A stretch of DNA of 64,000 nt, from the NCBI GenBank assembly GCA_016875535.1, contig VGPF01000002.1:73856-137855 (forward strand), given 5' to 3'. Below the pieces are notes generated by a model. It saw only the letters and a program-made list of their open reading frames with translations, made no database searches and was not told where the DNA came from. Shown piece by piece: positions 9,772 through 19,364 of the stretch. This DNA comes from Chloroflexota bacterium. GTDB taxonomy: Bacteria > Chloroflexota > Dehalococcoidia > SHYB01. The number at the start of each line of letters is the position of its first letter. The stretch's first letter is position 1. Made by a program: the position numbers and the translations under genes.

Positions 9772-12192
9772 ATGCCGAAGATCTGCGAAGGTTTGACGGT
9801 GCTGGATGTCAGCCAGGGCATGGCCGGCAGCCTTGCCACCATGGTGCTGGCCGATGCCGGGGCAGAGGTCATCAAGCTCGAACCGCCATCCGGCGATAGC
9901 TTCCGCTCCCACCCCGCCTCTATCATGTGGAACCGCGGCAAGAAGAGCGCCATCCTGGATCTAAAGACATCCCAAGGCAAAACTGCTTTCCAATCCCTGG
10001 CCAAGACCGCCGATGTCGTTGTCTATAGCGGCATGCCGGACGGCGATGCTCGCCTGGGCATAGACTATGCCGCCCTCTCCAAGACCAACCCCGGCCTGGT
10101 CTACTGCAAGATCACCGGCTTCGGTCCCCTCAAAAGCCTCGCCCACCTCAAGGGCTATGACGCCATCGTCAACGCCAAGACGGGCCGCATCCACTCCTTC
10201 GATAAGCAGCTCCCCAAGGACGGCCCCCGCTACGCCGCCGTCATGTGCGGCAGCTATGGCGCCGCCATGCACGCCATCCAGGGCGTCATGGCCGCCCTTT
10301 ACGCCCGCGATAAGTACGGGAAGGGCCAGAAGGTGGAGACCAGCATCACCCAGGGACTCTTCGCCTACGATTGGGGCTGGCTCGGCTGGCAGACGGCGCG
10401 CCGCTCCGCGCTGCCGCCCGCCTTCGTTACCGGCTCTCCCACGCCCCAATACTTCGTCGGCCGCACCAAAGATGGTGTCTGGCTCCAGGGCTCCAACTCC
10501 ATGTCTCATCTCTTTGTAAACTTCCTGGTGGGCATGGAGCTTTCGGAAGTCCTGGCCGAAGAGCGCTACCTGAAACTGCCGAATATCCCTCCCGGCAAGG
10601 ACATGGAAGAGCTCTACGAAAAGATGCACGCCCGCATGCAGGAGAAGACCGCCGATGAGTGGATGGATATCTTTGTGAACAAGGTGGACGCCGCCTGCGA
10701 GCCCTTCCGCACCACCCAGCAGGCCCTCGATCACCCACAGGTCATCCACAACGGGAACGTCATCGAGCTCTTCGACCCAGCCGTCGGCAAGACGCGCCAA
10801 CTCGGCCCCATCGTCAAAGCCGCCGATACCCCCCTGGAGCCACAGGGCCCCAGCCCTGCCCTGGGCCAGCACACCCAGCAGGTGCTGGACTCCATCAAGG
10901 CGCGCAAGCCTAAGGTCTTCGCCAACGGCAGAAAGATGGCCAAACGCCCCTTGGAAGGCGTCACCATCGTCGAATTCGCCACCTGGTTCGCCGCGCCCTT
11001 CGGCACCGCCCTCCTGGGCGAGCTCGGCGCGCGCATCATCAAGTTCGAATCCCTGGACGGCGATTCCTTCCGCCGCTGGGCCAACACTGCCACCAAGCCC
11101 ATGCAGGGCAAGAACAGCATCGCCGTGGACCTCAAACAGCCCGAAGGACAGAAGATCGCCCATACCTTCATCAAGAAAGCCGATATCCTGATGCACAACT
11201 TCCGCCCCGGCGTCACGCCGCGCCTGGGCATTGACTATGAGACGTGCAAGAACCTCAACCCGCGCCTCGTCTACCTCTACGCCGGCTCCTACGGCTCCAC
11301 CGGCCCCATGGCCCACCGCCCCGCCATGCACCCCATCCCCGGCGCCATCTGCGGCGGCGCGCTCTACCAGGCGGGCCAGGGCATGCCGCCCCCGCGCGAT
11401 AAGAAACTCGTCTATAAAGAGCTCCGCGAGATGAGCAGCGCTCTCTTCCAGGCGAACGAAGGCAACCCGGACGTCTCATCCGCCCTCGGCGTCGCCACGG
11501 GTCTCCTCCTGGGCCTCTACGCCCGCGAAAAGACCGGCAAAGGCCAGTACCTGGAGACCACCATGATCGGCTCCTGCCTCTACGCAGAGGCCGATGACGC
11601 GATCCAGTATGCCGGCAAGCCCGAGCGCGCTCTGGCCGATCCGCAGCTCAACGGCCTCAACGCCCTCTACCGCTTCTACAAGGCCTCCCAGGGCTGGGTC
11701 TTCCTCGCATGCCCCACGGAGAAGGAGTGGCATGACCTCTGCGAAGCCATCGGCAAAACGGCCCTGGCCAAGGACCCGCGCTTCGCCGCCAAAGAGGCCC
11801 GCCGTAAGCATGACGCCGACCTCGTCAAAGAGCTGACGCCCATCTTCGCCCAGCGCACCGCCGCACAGTGGGAGGTCATGCTCGCCGAGCATGGCGTCGC
11901 CTGCGCCGAGGCGCGCGACAAGGACTTCGCCGATTTCTCAAATACCGATCCGGAGATGCGCAGCGCCGGCCTGTGGGTGGAGACCAAGCACCCATCCCTG
12001 GACGTCTATCATCGCTACTCCGCGCCCATGACCTTCTCCGACCAGGAGACGGTCCACGGCCCCACCATTTACGTCGGCGAGCACACGCAGCAGCTCCTCA
12101 AGGAGGTCGGCTACAGCGATCAGCAGATGAACGACCTCAAGCAGCGCAAGGTCGTCACCTGGTCCACCCGCGAAGCCGACGACGAGGCATAG
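9772..12192 (+). CDS. Family III CoA-transferase with duplicated CaiB/BaiF domains
   Basis: AGGAG RBS before ATG 9772; two copies of the LEG..V/GA.VIK.E..GD..R..GK.S..DLK pattern. Confidence 0.92.
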   Translation: MPKICEGLTVLDVSQGMAGSLATMVLADAGAEVIKLEPPSGDSFRSHPASIMWNRGKKSAILDLKTSQGKTAFQSLAKTADVVVYSGMPDGDARLGIDYAALSKTNPGLVYCKITGFGPLKSLAHLKGYDAIVNAKTGRIHSFDKQLPKDGPRYAAVMCGSYGAAMHAIQGVMAALYARDKYGKGQKVETSITQGLFAYDWGWLGWQTARRSALPPAFVTGSPTPQYFVGRTKDGVWLQGSNSMSHLFVNFLVGMELSEVLAEERYLKLPNIPPGKDMEELYEKMHARMQEKTADEWMDIFVNKVDAACEPFRTTQQALDHPQVIHNGNVIELFDPAVGKTRQLGPIVKAADTPLEPQGPSPALGQHTQQVLDSIKARKPKVFANGRKMAKRPLEGVTIVEFATWFAAPFGTALLGELGARIIKFESLDGDSFRRWANTATKPMQGKNSIAVDLKQPEGQKIAHTFIKKADILMHNFRPGVTPRLGIDYETCKNLNPRLVYLYAGSYGSTGPMAHRPAMHPIPGAICGGALYQAGQGMPPPRDKKLVYKELREMSSALFQANEGNPDVSSALGVATGLLLGLYAREKTGKGQYLETTMIGSCLYAEADDAIQYAGKPERALADPQLNGLNALYRFYKASQGWVFLACPTEKEWHDLCEAIGKTALAKDPRFAAKEARRKHDADLVKELTPIFAQRTAAQWEVMLAEHGVACAEARDKDFADFSNTDPEMRSAGLWVETKHPSLDVYHRYSAPMTFSDQETVHGPTIYVGEHTQQLLKEVGYSDQQMNDLKQRKVVTWSTREADDEA

Positions 12193-12209
12193 TGCTAGAA
12201 AGAGCCATC

Positions 12210-12863
12210 ATGGCCAGCTTCATCGTCCCGGAAAACATCGAAGGCTACGCCGCGCGCCACACCACGCCCGTCCCCAAGCTCCTCCAGGAGCTGACGGACG
12301 AGACCTTTCGAACGATGGAATCGCCCGCGATGCTCTCCGGCCAGCTGGAAGGGACGCTCCTCCAGTACCTCATCTCCCTCTCTAGCGCCAAGCGCGTCCT
12401 TGAGCTGGGGATGTTCACCGGCTTCAGCGCCCTGATGATGGCCGCCGCGCTGCCGCCGGACGGCAAGCTCATCACCTGCGACGTGAACCCCAAGGCCAGG
12501 GAGTTCGCAAGCCGCTACTTCAGCAGCAGCCCCCACGGGCATAAGATCGAGATCAGGCTCGGGCCCGCCCTTGAGACGATGAAGACCCTCCAAGGCCCCT
12601 TCGACTTCGTTTTCATAGACGCCGATAAGCCGAACTACATCAACTATTACGAGCGCGCCCTGGATCTCCTCTCGCCCAAGGGCATCATCGCAGTGGACAA
12701 CGTCCTCTGGAGCGGCCGTGTCCTTGACCCCAAGGACGAAAGCAGCAAGGCCATCGCCGCCTTTAACGACCATATCGCCAAAGACAAGCGCGTCCAGGTC
12801 GTCATGCTCACCATCCGCGATGGCCTCTCCCTCATCCGCCGCGCGCCTGCCGCCTCAGCCTAG
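12210..12863 (+). CDS. Class I SAM-dependent O-methyltransferase (CCoAOMT/MdmC-like)
   Basis: VLELGMFTGFSAL, FDFVFIDADK, DNVLWSG, IRDGL. Confidence 0.93.
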   Translation: MASFIVPENIEGYAARHTTPVPKLLQELTDETFRTMESPAMLSGQLEGTLLQYLISLSSAKRVLELGMFTGFSALMMAAALPPDGKLITCDVNPKAREFASRYFSSSPHGHKIEIRLGPALETMKTLQGPFDFVFIDADKPNYINYYERALDLLSPKGIIAVDNVLWSGRVLDPKDESSKAIAAFNDHIAKDKRVQVVMLTIRDGLSLIRRAPAASA

Positions 12864-13025
12864 CGCCGCTACCTCGGCTTGCGATGATGCACAAATAGTG
12901 CAGCACTTCGCTATCTCCCCTAGTACCCGCCCGCTAGAATTGCCCCCAGATTCAGGCGGAAATACAGGTTGCAGTGACCGTCGCTCCGATATAATGAGCC
13001 GAACACCTACGTATGGGAGAGACTG

Positions 13026-13958
13026 TTGTTCGAATTCCTACGCGGACAAATGAAACCCACCTACGAGCGTCACCCGGATAGAGAACTCCTCTTCATCCGC
13101 ATCTCGACTCTTTTTCTCGTCATCGCCCCCTTTGCCGGCGTCATCTGGGCCACCGTTTACTCCTTGAACAACGGCATCGGCGTCAAGGACCTAGGCATCC
13201 TCGCCGGCTTCTACCTCGCCACCGCCTTCGGCGTCACCGTCGGCTTCCACCGCATGCTCACCCACCGCAGCTTCGATGCCAACCCGGTGGTCAAAGCCAT
13301 CCTCCTCATCTTCGGCACCTGGTCCATCCAGGGTGCCGCCATCGGCTGGGCCGCCATCCACTCCAAGCACCACGCCAAGTCCGATGATGTCGGCGATCCG
13401 CACAGCCCCTATTGGAGCGAGTCCGGCAAAGTCGGCGGCTGGCGCGGCTTCTTCCACGCCCACATGGGCTGGATGCTCGGCGGCATCCGCGCCGACCCTG
13501 AGCGCTACGCCAAGGCCCAGATGCAAGACCCCGTCATCCGCTTCATCAGCAAAACGGCCTTCTGGTGGGCTGTGCTGGGCATGTTGCTCCCCTTCTTCAT
13601 CGGCGGCGTCAGCGGGTTCATCTGGGGCGGCCTCGTCCGCGTCTTCCTGGTGCATCACGTCACCTGGAGCGTCAACTCCATCTGCCACATCTGGGGCAGC
13701 CGTGATTACTCCACGGGCAAGGACCGCAGCACCAACAACCGGTTCGTCGCCCTCCTCTCCATGGGCGAAGGCTGGCACAACAACCACCACGCCTTCCCCC
13801 GCTCCGCCTACCACGGCCTCACCCGGTGGCAGGTGGACTTCTCCGCCTACCTCATCCGCGCCCTCCGCGCCGTCCGACTCATCAGCAACGTCTACGAAGT
13901 CCCCAAAGACGTCATCTCCGCCCGCAAGTCTCAGGCTATCAACCGCCGCGCCGCCTGA
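13026..13958 (+). CDS. Delta-9-type membrane fatty-acid desaturase
   Basis: His boxes HRMLTH, HSKHH, HNNHH; GGAG RBS before TTG; TATAAT at 12990-12995. Confidence 0.95.
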   Translation: MFEFLRGQMKPTYERHPDRELLFIRISTLFLVIAPFAGVIWATVYSLNNGIGVKDLGILAGFYLATAFGVTVGFHRMLTHRSFDANPVVKAILLIFGTWSIQGAAIGWAAIHSKHHAKSDDVGDPHSPYWSESGKVGGWRGFFHAHMGWMLGGIRADPERYAKAQMQDPVIRFISKTAFWWAVLGMLLPFFIGGVSGFIWGGLVRVFLVHHVTWSVNSICHIWGSRDYSTGKDRSTNNRFVALLSMGEGWHNNHHAFPRSAYHGLTRWQVDFSAYLIRALRAVRLISNVYEVPKDVISARKSQAINRRAA

Positions 13959-13986
13959 CACCCACAGATCCCCTCGAACAAAAATG

Positions 13987-14009
13987 CCCCGAAGGATCGG
14001 GGCTCTTTC
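13987..14009. terminator. Intrinsic terminator-like hairpin
   Basis: GCCCCGA-AGGA-TCGGGGC flanked by an A-run and TCTTT. Confidence 0.7.
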
Positions 14010-14038
14010 CGGATCGGATGCAATCAATCCGGGCTGAT

Positions 14039-14159
14039 GTAGGGGCGTCCCAATCCCGTCGGGAAAGCGCGGTCCTTGCTGAAGGACTCTCGGTCTTACG
14101 AGTCCGGACCTATCGGACCGTATGCTGCATCGAAGCCGCACCGGAGCGCGCGCCCTCAA
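14039..14159. repeat. GTAG-initiated REP-like structured element
   Basis: GTAGGGGCG...CGCCCTC ends with internal stems GCGGTCC/GGACCGT and GGACTC/GAGTCC, between convergent genes. Confidence 0.4.
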
Positions 14160-14177
14160 AATTCTGAATGGCGTAGC

Positions 14178-15254
14178 CTACCGAAACTTAAAGACCTTCA
14201 CTGCAATGAAGGCCGTCACGATGATCCACACGCCCAGGATCGCCATCTCCTGTGGGAAATCCCATAGCGGCCTGGCGTCCGTTGCGATACCCCGCATCCC
14301 CTCCAAGAGCGGCGAAAGCGGCAGGTACTGCACCAGCCAGCGCAGGAAGGCCGGCAGCGTATCCGTCGGGAAGAACGTCCCGGAAAGAAACATCATCGGC
14401 AGCGAGACCACGTTCCCCAATCCGCTCGCCGCGCTCACCGTCTTCGCGAACGCCCCCACGATGAACCCCAGGTTCAGAAAGACCAAGTTTCCAAAGACAA
14501 CAAAGACGAGGAGGTAGAAATAGTTGCCGTAGAAATGCGCGTCAAAGAGCAGCATCCCGGAGACCAGGATGATAGCCGCCTGGATGAGCGAAAGGACGAG
14601 GAACGAGACGATGACCGCCGCGAAGAACGTCTGGATCCTCAGCGGCGTCGCCAGCAGCCGCTTGAAGATCTTCTTCTCCCGCCACACGGCGAGGTTCGAT
14701 GCCAGCCCGATGATCGAATAGGTCATCACCCCAAGGCCGATGAACCCCGGCAAGAGGAAATCGAAATAGCCCGTCTGCCTGGACAGGATGCCCTGCGATT
14801 CCAGATTCAACAGCGGCTGCGCATCCGCAAGCTCCAGGTTCGCCCCGTCTACGAAGCGCCGCACCAGCCCGATGATGACGGCGGATACGGCGCTGCTCTC
14901 ATCGTAGATCAGCGTGATCTTCACCGGCCTCTTCGCCGCCACATCCTCCCCCAGTCCCTGGGGAAGGATGAGCAAGAACCGACGCTCCCCGTCCCGCAAG
15001 TCCTGCCTCGCCTTCGCCTCGTCGGCCGCCTCCTCCATCTTCAGCGTCTCGATGTCGTCCAAGCTCTTAACCAGGCTCTTGGAGAGTTGGTCCCGGGAAT
15101 AGTCCACCACCAAGACCTTCGTCGTCGGCGTCTCGTCCAGGTTGAAAAGGCCGAAGACCACCACGAAGATGAGCGGGAAGAGCAGGGCCCAAAAGATAGA
15201 CTGCCGGTTGCGGAAGAGCATCTTCAGGTTCGCGGCTACCAGGTAAAGTAGCAT
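14178..15254 (-). CDS. ABC-2 type transporter permease
   Basis: N-terminal TM, extracytoplasmic loop, YFDFLLPG, FLSGTFFP, several C-terminal TMs. Confidence 0.93.
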   Translation of the reverse strand: MLLYLVAANLKMLFRNRQSIFWALLFPLIFVVVFGLFNLDETPTTKVLVVDYSRDQLSKSLVKSLDDIETLKMEEAADEAKARQDLRDGERRFLLILPQGLGEDVAAKRPVKITLIYDESSAVSAVIIGLVRRFVDGANLELADAQPLLNLESQGILSRQTGYFDFLLPGFIGLGVMTYSIIGLASNLAVWREKKIFKRLLATPLRIQTFFAAVIVSFLVLSLIQAAIILVSGMLLFDAHFYGNYFYLLVFVVFGNLVFLNLGFIVGAFAKTVSAASGLGNVVSLPMMFLSGTFFPTDTLPAFLRWLVQYLPLSPLLEGMRGIATDARPLWDFPQEMAILGVWIIVTAFIAVKVFKFR

Positions 15255-15255
15255 C

Positions 15256-16191
15256 TCAGTCCCTGAGCCCGCGCCCGGTGATCGTCAGAAAGACGTCTTC
15301 CAAGTTGCCGCGCACCACTTCCAAGTGGTCTATCCGCCGCCCGTTGGCGTTCGACCACGCCATCAGCGCCGGCAGCGTCCGCGCCGCGTCCGAAGAGGCG
15401 AGTGTCAATGCGCCGTCCGCCTCCGCCTGCACATTCATCACCGCCTCAAGACCCTTGAACAGCTCCGGCGGCTGGGCCTCGGCAAGCTTGATGCGCACCT
15501 TGTACGGCACCGGTAGCCCTTTGATCAGGCGCTCCGGCGTATCCAGCGCCACGATGCGCCCGCGGTCCATGATCGCCACGCGCTGGCACAGGAACTGCGC
15601 CTCTTCCATATAGTGCGTCGTCAGCACCACGGTGCGCCCCTCGCCGTGGATGCGCTGGATGAACTCCCACAGGTTCCGGCGCGCCTGCGGGTCAAGCCCC
15701 GTCGTCGGCTCATCTAGAAATATGACCTCAGGGTCGTTCACCAGCGCCGCCGCTATGGCGAAGCGGTGCTGCTGCCCCCCGGAAAGCTTCACCACCGGCG
15801 TCTCGATCTTCTCCGCCAGCCCCACCTTCTCCAGCAGCTCGGCGGGAGAGAGCCGCTTCGCGTACAGCCTGCCGAACAGCTCCAATATCTCTCGGAGCTT
15901 CAAGTAGTCGAAGTAGGCCGAAGCCTGCAGCTGAACGCCGATGCGCTCCTTCGCCTTCCACGGCTCCGCCGCCGTGTCTATGCCCAGGACGCGCGTCTTC
16001 CCCGCTGTCGGCTCCTGCAGCCCTTCGATGCACTCCAGTGCCGTCGTCTTCCCCGCGCCGTTCGGCCCCAGGATGCCGAACACCTCTCCGCGCCTCACGG
16101 CAAAGGAAACATCCTTCACCGCTTCCAGCGAGCCGAAGCGCTTCGTCAGCCCCTCAACAACGATGTCATGTTCCGCGTGCTGGGTCGCCAT
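15256..16191 (-). CDS. ABC transporter ATP-binding protein
   Basis: GPNGAGKT, LSGGQ, DEPTTGLD, TTHYMEEA; start placed at ATG 16191 downstream of TGCTACAAT. Confidence 0.93.
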   Translation of the reverse strand: MATQHAEHDIVVEGLTKRFGSLEAVKDVSFAVRRGEVFGILGPNGAGKTTALECIEGLQEPTAGKTRVLGIDTAAEPWKAKERIGVQLQASAYFDYLKLREILELFGRLYAKRLSPAELLEKVGLAEKIETPVVKLSGGQQHRFAIAAALVNDPEVIFLDEPTTGLDPQARRNLWEFIQRIHGEGRTVVLTTHYMEEAQFLCQRVAIMDRGRIVALDTPERLIKGLPVPYKVRIKLAEAQPPELFKGLEAVMNVQAEADGALTLASSDAARTLPALMAWSNANGRRIDHLEVVRGNLEDVFLTITGRGLRD

Positions 16192-16247
16192 GGGAAAATC
16201 GCACTCCATTGTAGCAATGACTCGCCCCGCGGATATGATCTCCCCCT

Positions 16248-16323
16248 CTCTCGCCCTAAGGAGCGGCGCTGCCTCATCGCCACGACGAACCGGCCTACAC
16301 TGTCTGAGTTGCCCCAGCAACTC
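16248..16323 (+). repeat. 76-bp dispersed direct repeat, copy 1
   Basis: Ungapped match to 18819-18894, 64/76 identical by manual count. Confidence 0.9.
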
Positions 16324-16336
16324 CTACCCCTTCTAC

Positions 16337-16366
16337 TTGACTTACCAAAACCCCTCTCCCTATCAT
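16337..16366 (+). promoter_or_regulatory. Probable promoter of the amidohydrolase pair
   Basis: TTGACT-N18-TATCAT. Confidence 0.6.
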
Positions 16367-16409
16367 TTGCCCCCATTCCACGGCCTGAGTCTCTCTCTAA
16401 GGAGATGTC

Positions 16410-17630
16410 ATGAACTACGGATTCAAAGCCGTTGATTCCGATGGCCACGTCTCAGAAGCCCTCATCAACTGGGAAAAGGAACTCCCCGAGCGCTATCGCA
16501 GTTTCGTCGTCCGCTCACCCAACATCTACCACCAGCGCGATGCCAAGGGTCGCCTCGTCACAGGCCAGCTCACACCCAAAGACGCCTCCTTCGTCAACTT
16601 CAAAGGCGTCCGCCGCAACCCCGGCCCCGGCCATCCCAAGACCCACTTCCACGGCCCCGCCAGTGACATCCTCTCCATGCGCAGCCCGGAGATCACCGGC
16701 ATGTGGGACCCCCACGCCCGCATCAAGGACATGGAGCGCGCCGGCACCTGGGCCGCCGTCCTCTTCCCATCCCACGCCATCGCCCTCCCCACCTGGGACA
16801 ACGCCGGTCTAGCCGTCGCCGCGGCAAAAGTCTACAACAACTGGCTCGCCTCCTATTGCAAACCCTACCCTGATCGTCTCTTCGGCCTCGCCGTCCTGCC
16901 CCTCCAGCACCCGGAGGCCGCCGCCGAAGAGCTCCGCCGTTGCGTCACCCAGCTCGGCTTCCCCGGAGCCTGCGTCACCTCCAACATCCGCAACATCCCC
17001 CTCAGCGACCCGATGTTCGATACCCTCTGGGCGGAGGCCTCCCGGCTCAAAGTGCCCATCGGCATCCACGCGGCAACCGGCTCCAAGGGCATCGAATCCG
17101 TCGGCCAGGACCGCTTCGATCGCTTCATCCACACCCACATGGTCTCCCACTCCTTCGAGCAGATCTGCGCCGTCAGCGCCTTCATCCTCGATGGCGTCCT
17201 CGATCGCTTTCCCGGCATGCAGGTCGTCTTCTGCGAAGGCCAGGCAAGCTGGCTCCCCTGGTGGCTCTACCGCATGGAGGAGCACATGGAGAAGCTCCGT
17301 CCCCAGGCATATTGCAATGAAGAAGACCCCGCCGAATACTTCCGAAATGGCCGCTGCTACATCACCTGCGAATCGGACGAGCCCGCGCCTCTCCTCAACG
17401 CCGTCGCCGAGTTGGTGGGAGATAGTTGCGTCTGCTACGCCTCCGATTACGCCCACTGGGACACCTCCTGGCCCAGGGATGTCGAGATGATCGCCACAAA
17501 CCCTAAGCTCTCCACCGCCTACAAGCAGAAGATCCTTGTGGACAACCCCACTCGCGCCTTCAAACTGCCCATCGGCGGGAAGAACGGGAGCGCCGCCAAA
17601 GCGAAGCCTCCCGCCAAGGCACGAGCATGA
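16410..17630 (+). CDS. Amidohydrolase family protein (Amidohydro_2/ACMSD-like)
   Basis: DSDGH, YNNWLA, IGIH, FCEG, ASDYAHWD; AAGGAG RBS. Confidence 0.9.
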   Translation: MNYGFKAVDSDGHVSEALINWEKELPERYRSFVVRSPNIYHQRDAKGRLVTGQLTPKDASFVNFKGVRRNPGPGHPKTHFHGPASDILSMRSPEITGMWDPHARIKDMERAGTWAAVLFPSHAIALPTWDNAGLAVAAAKVYNNWLASYCKPYPDRLFGLAVLPLQHPEAAAEELRRCVTQLGFPGACVTSNIRNIPLSDPMFDTLWAEASRLKVPIGIHAATGSKGIESVGQDRFDRFIHTHMVSHSFEQICAVSAFILDGVLDRFPGMQVVFCEGQASWLPWWLYRMEEHMEKLRPQAYCNEEDPAEYFRNGRCYITCESDEPAPLLNAVAELVGDSCVCYASDYAHWDTSWPRDVEMIATNPKLSTAYKQKILVDNPTRAFKLPIGGKNGSAAKAKPPAKARA

Positions 17631-18769
17631 CAAAGCCCGTCATCGTCTCCAGCGACTCCCACGTCGTCGAGCCGCCCGACCTCTGGACCAAGGGCATCGA
17701 GAAGGCCTACCGCGACCGCGCACCCCGCGTGGACTATAACGACGAAGGCGATTGGTGGGTCTGCGACGGCCTCTGGCTCATGTCCATGACCGGCGGCACG
17801 GACGCCGGCTTCCGTTTCGAAAGCCTGGAGAAGATGCGCCGCGAGGCCAAGTTCTCGGAGGTCGTCAAAGGTGGCTACATCGCAAGCGAAAAGCTTAAGG
17901 ACATGGACGCCGACGGCATCTACGGCGAAGTCGTCTACCCCACCACCGGCCTCGTCATGTGGCGGCTGGAAGATAGCCTCCTCTTCGATGCCGTCTGCCG
18001 CGCCTATAACACCTGGATTGCCGATTTCTGCAAGGAGGATCCCAAGCGCATCAAAGCCGTCGCTATGATCAATACCGATGATGTCGCCGCCGGTGTCGCG
18101 GAGCTCCAGCGCGCCGCCAAGCTCGGCCTCGCCGGGGCCATGATCAGCGTCAATCCCGGCGATCGCGATCAGTACAGCCAGCCTAAGTACGAGCCCCTCT
18201 GGGCCGCCGCGCAAGACGCCCAGCTCCCCCTGACGCTCCACATCGGCACCCACCGCGCCAGGCAAGGCGCCAACTCGCCCATCCGCATCCGCGAGCGGGC
18301 GCGCAACATGATGTCATCGCCGCCCTTCACCTCAACCGCCGCCCACTGGTTCCAGGTCTCCGTCGCCCACATGATCTTCTCCGGCGTCTTTGACCGCTTC
18401 CCCAAGCTCCAGGTCGTCTCCCTGGAGCATCGCGCCTCCTGGGCGCCGCACTTCCTCACCGCCATGGACTACGAATACACTCAGCGCCCGCCGAGCCCCG
18501 ATTGGCCGCGCTTCCGCAGCGCCTCCCTCCCCAGCGATTTCTTCCGGACCAACATCGCCCTCAGCTTCCAGGAAGACGTCCTCGCCGTCCAGCAGCGCCA
18601 CCTCATCGGCATGGACTGCCTCACCTGGGGCGACGACTACCCCCACCCGGAAGGCACATTCCCCAGGAGCCGGGAACGCCTCGCCCTCATGTTCGCAGGC
18701 GTCCCCGAAGCGGACAAAGCCAAGATCCTCGGCGCCAACGCCGCTCGCATCTACCGCTTCGCCTTGTAG
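17627..18769 (+). CDS. Amidohydrolase family protein (Amidohydro_2)
   Basis: SSDSHVVEP, YNTWIADFC, LTLHIG, WGDDYPHPEGT; ATGA overlap. Confidence 0.92.
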   Translation: MTKPVIVSSDSHVVEPPDLWTKGIEKAYRDRAPRVDYNDEGDWWVCDGLWLMSMTGGTDAGFRFESLEKMRREAKFSEVVKGGYIASEKLKDMDADGIYGEVVYPTTGLVMWRLEDSLLFDAVCRAYNTWIADFCKEDPKRIKAVAMINTDDVAAGVAELQRAAKLGLAGAMISVNPGDRDQYSQPKYEPLWAAAQDAQLPLTLHIGTHRARQGANSPIRIRERARNMMSSPPFTSTAAHWFQVSVAHMIFSGVFDRFPKLQVVSLEHRASWAPHFLTAMDYEYTQRPPSPDWPRFRSASLPSDFFRTNIALSFQEDVLAVQQRHLIGMDCLTWGDDYPHPEGTFPRSRERLALMFAGVPEADKAKILGANAARIYRFAL

Positions 18770-18818
18770 CGCCGAGGCAAGTCTTTCGATTCGTCGCACC
18801 CGGGTAGAGGTGCGCCCC

Positions 18819-18894
18819 CTCTCGCCCTGAGGAGCGGCCACGCCTCATCGCCACGACGAACGGACCTACGCCGTGTGGGTTGCCCCCGCAACCC
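18819..18894 (+). repeat. 76-bp dispersed direct repeat, copy 2
   Basis: Matches 16248-16323; terminal hairpin shows a compensatory change. Confidence 0.9.
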
Positions 18895-18905
18895 AAATCC
18901 TCCTG

Positions 18906-19125
18906 GTAGGGGCTGGCCTTCCCCCAGGGCTCCGATTTCAACGGAGAGGCCAGCCCCTCCCCGTCGGGCGCACCACGCGCCCCTCTCCACCCCATTCCCC
19001 TGGGTTGCCCCCCAACCCAGCGCGCACTGGGCTGCACAGCAGCCCCTATCCCTCCCTTCTCAGGGGAGGGACCAAGGTCGAGTCTTCGAGACCCCGATGC
19101 GGCATCGGGGGAGAGGTCTCCCCTG
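18906..19125. repeat. Cluster of GC-rich REP-like hairpins
   Basis: GTAG followed by AGGGGCTGGCCT/AGGCCAGCCCCT (18908-18958); CTGGGTTG/CAACCCAG (~19000-19020); TCCCTCCC/GGGGAGGGA; CCCCGATG/CATCGGGG. Confidence 0.6.
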
Positions 19126-19161
19126 AAAACACCGGCCTCTCCCAACCACGCCGCACACCGC

Positions 19162-19190
19162 TTGACACAGAAGCCTACTATGCATAGTAT
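19162..19190 (+). promoter_or_regulatory. Near-consensus sigma70 promoter with an overlapping palindromic operator
   Basis: TTGACA-N17-TAGTAT; perfect palindrome TACTATGCATAGTA at 19176-19189. Confidence 0.85.
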
Positions 19191-19209
19191 TGTCTTGTGA
19201 GCGTAGAGA

Positions 19210-19317
19210 TACGCCCACGCCTTCGCCAGGACAGAGAGCCGGGGAGGCGCAAAAACTGGCTGTGTTCCTGGCTCCATGGGCGTGGAACCGGCTGGCCGAG
19301 CGCCTCCCCTTTTCTTT
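19210..19317 (+). promoter_or_regulatory. Attenuator-like leader with mutually exclusive stems and a U-tailed terminator
   Basis: GGGGAGGCGC(19241-50)/GCGCCTCCCC(19300-09)+TTTTCTTT, versus 19210-19242 pairing with 19256-19284. Confidence 0.55.
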
Positions 19318-19364
19318 GCCCGCGACCGGGGTCGGCCGCCCTGAGTCACAATGGCGCGGGCACA

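Noticed and set aside
16248..19125. CRISPR array
   Set aside because: Only two long repeats 2.5 kb apart, no regular spacers, no cas genes
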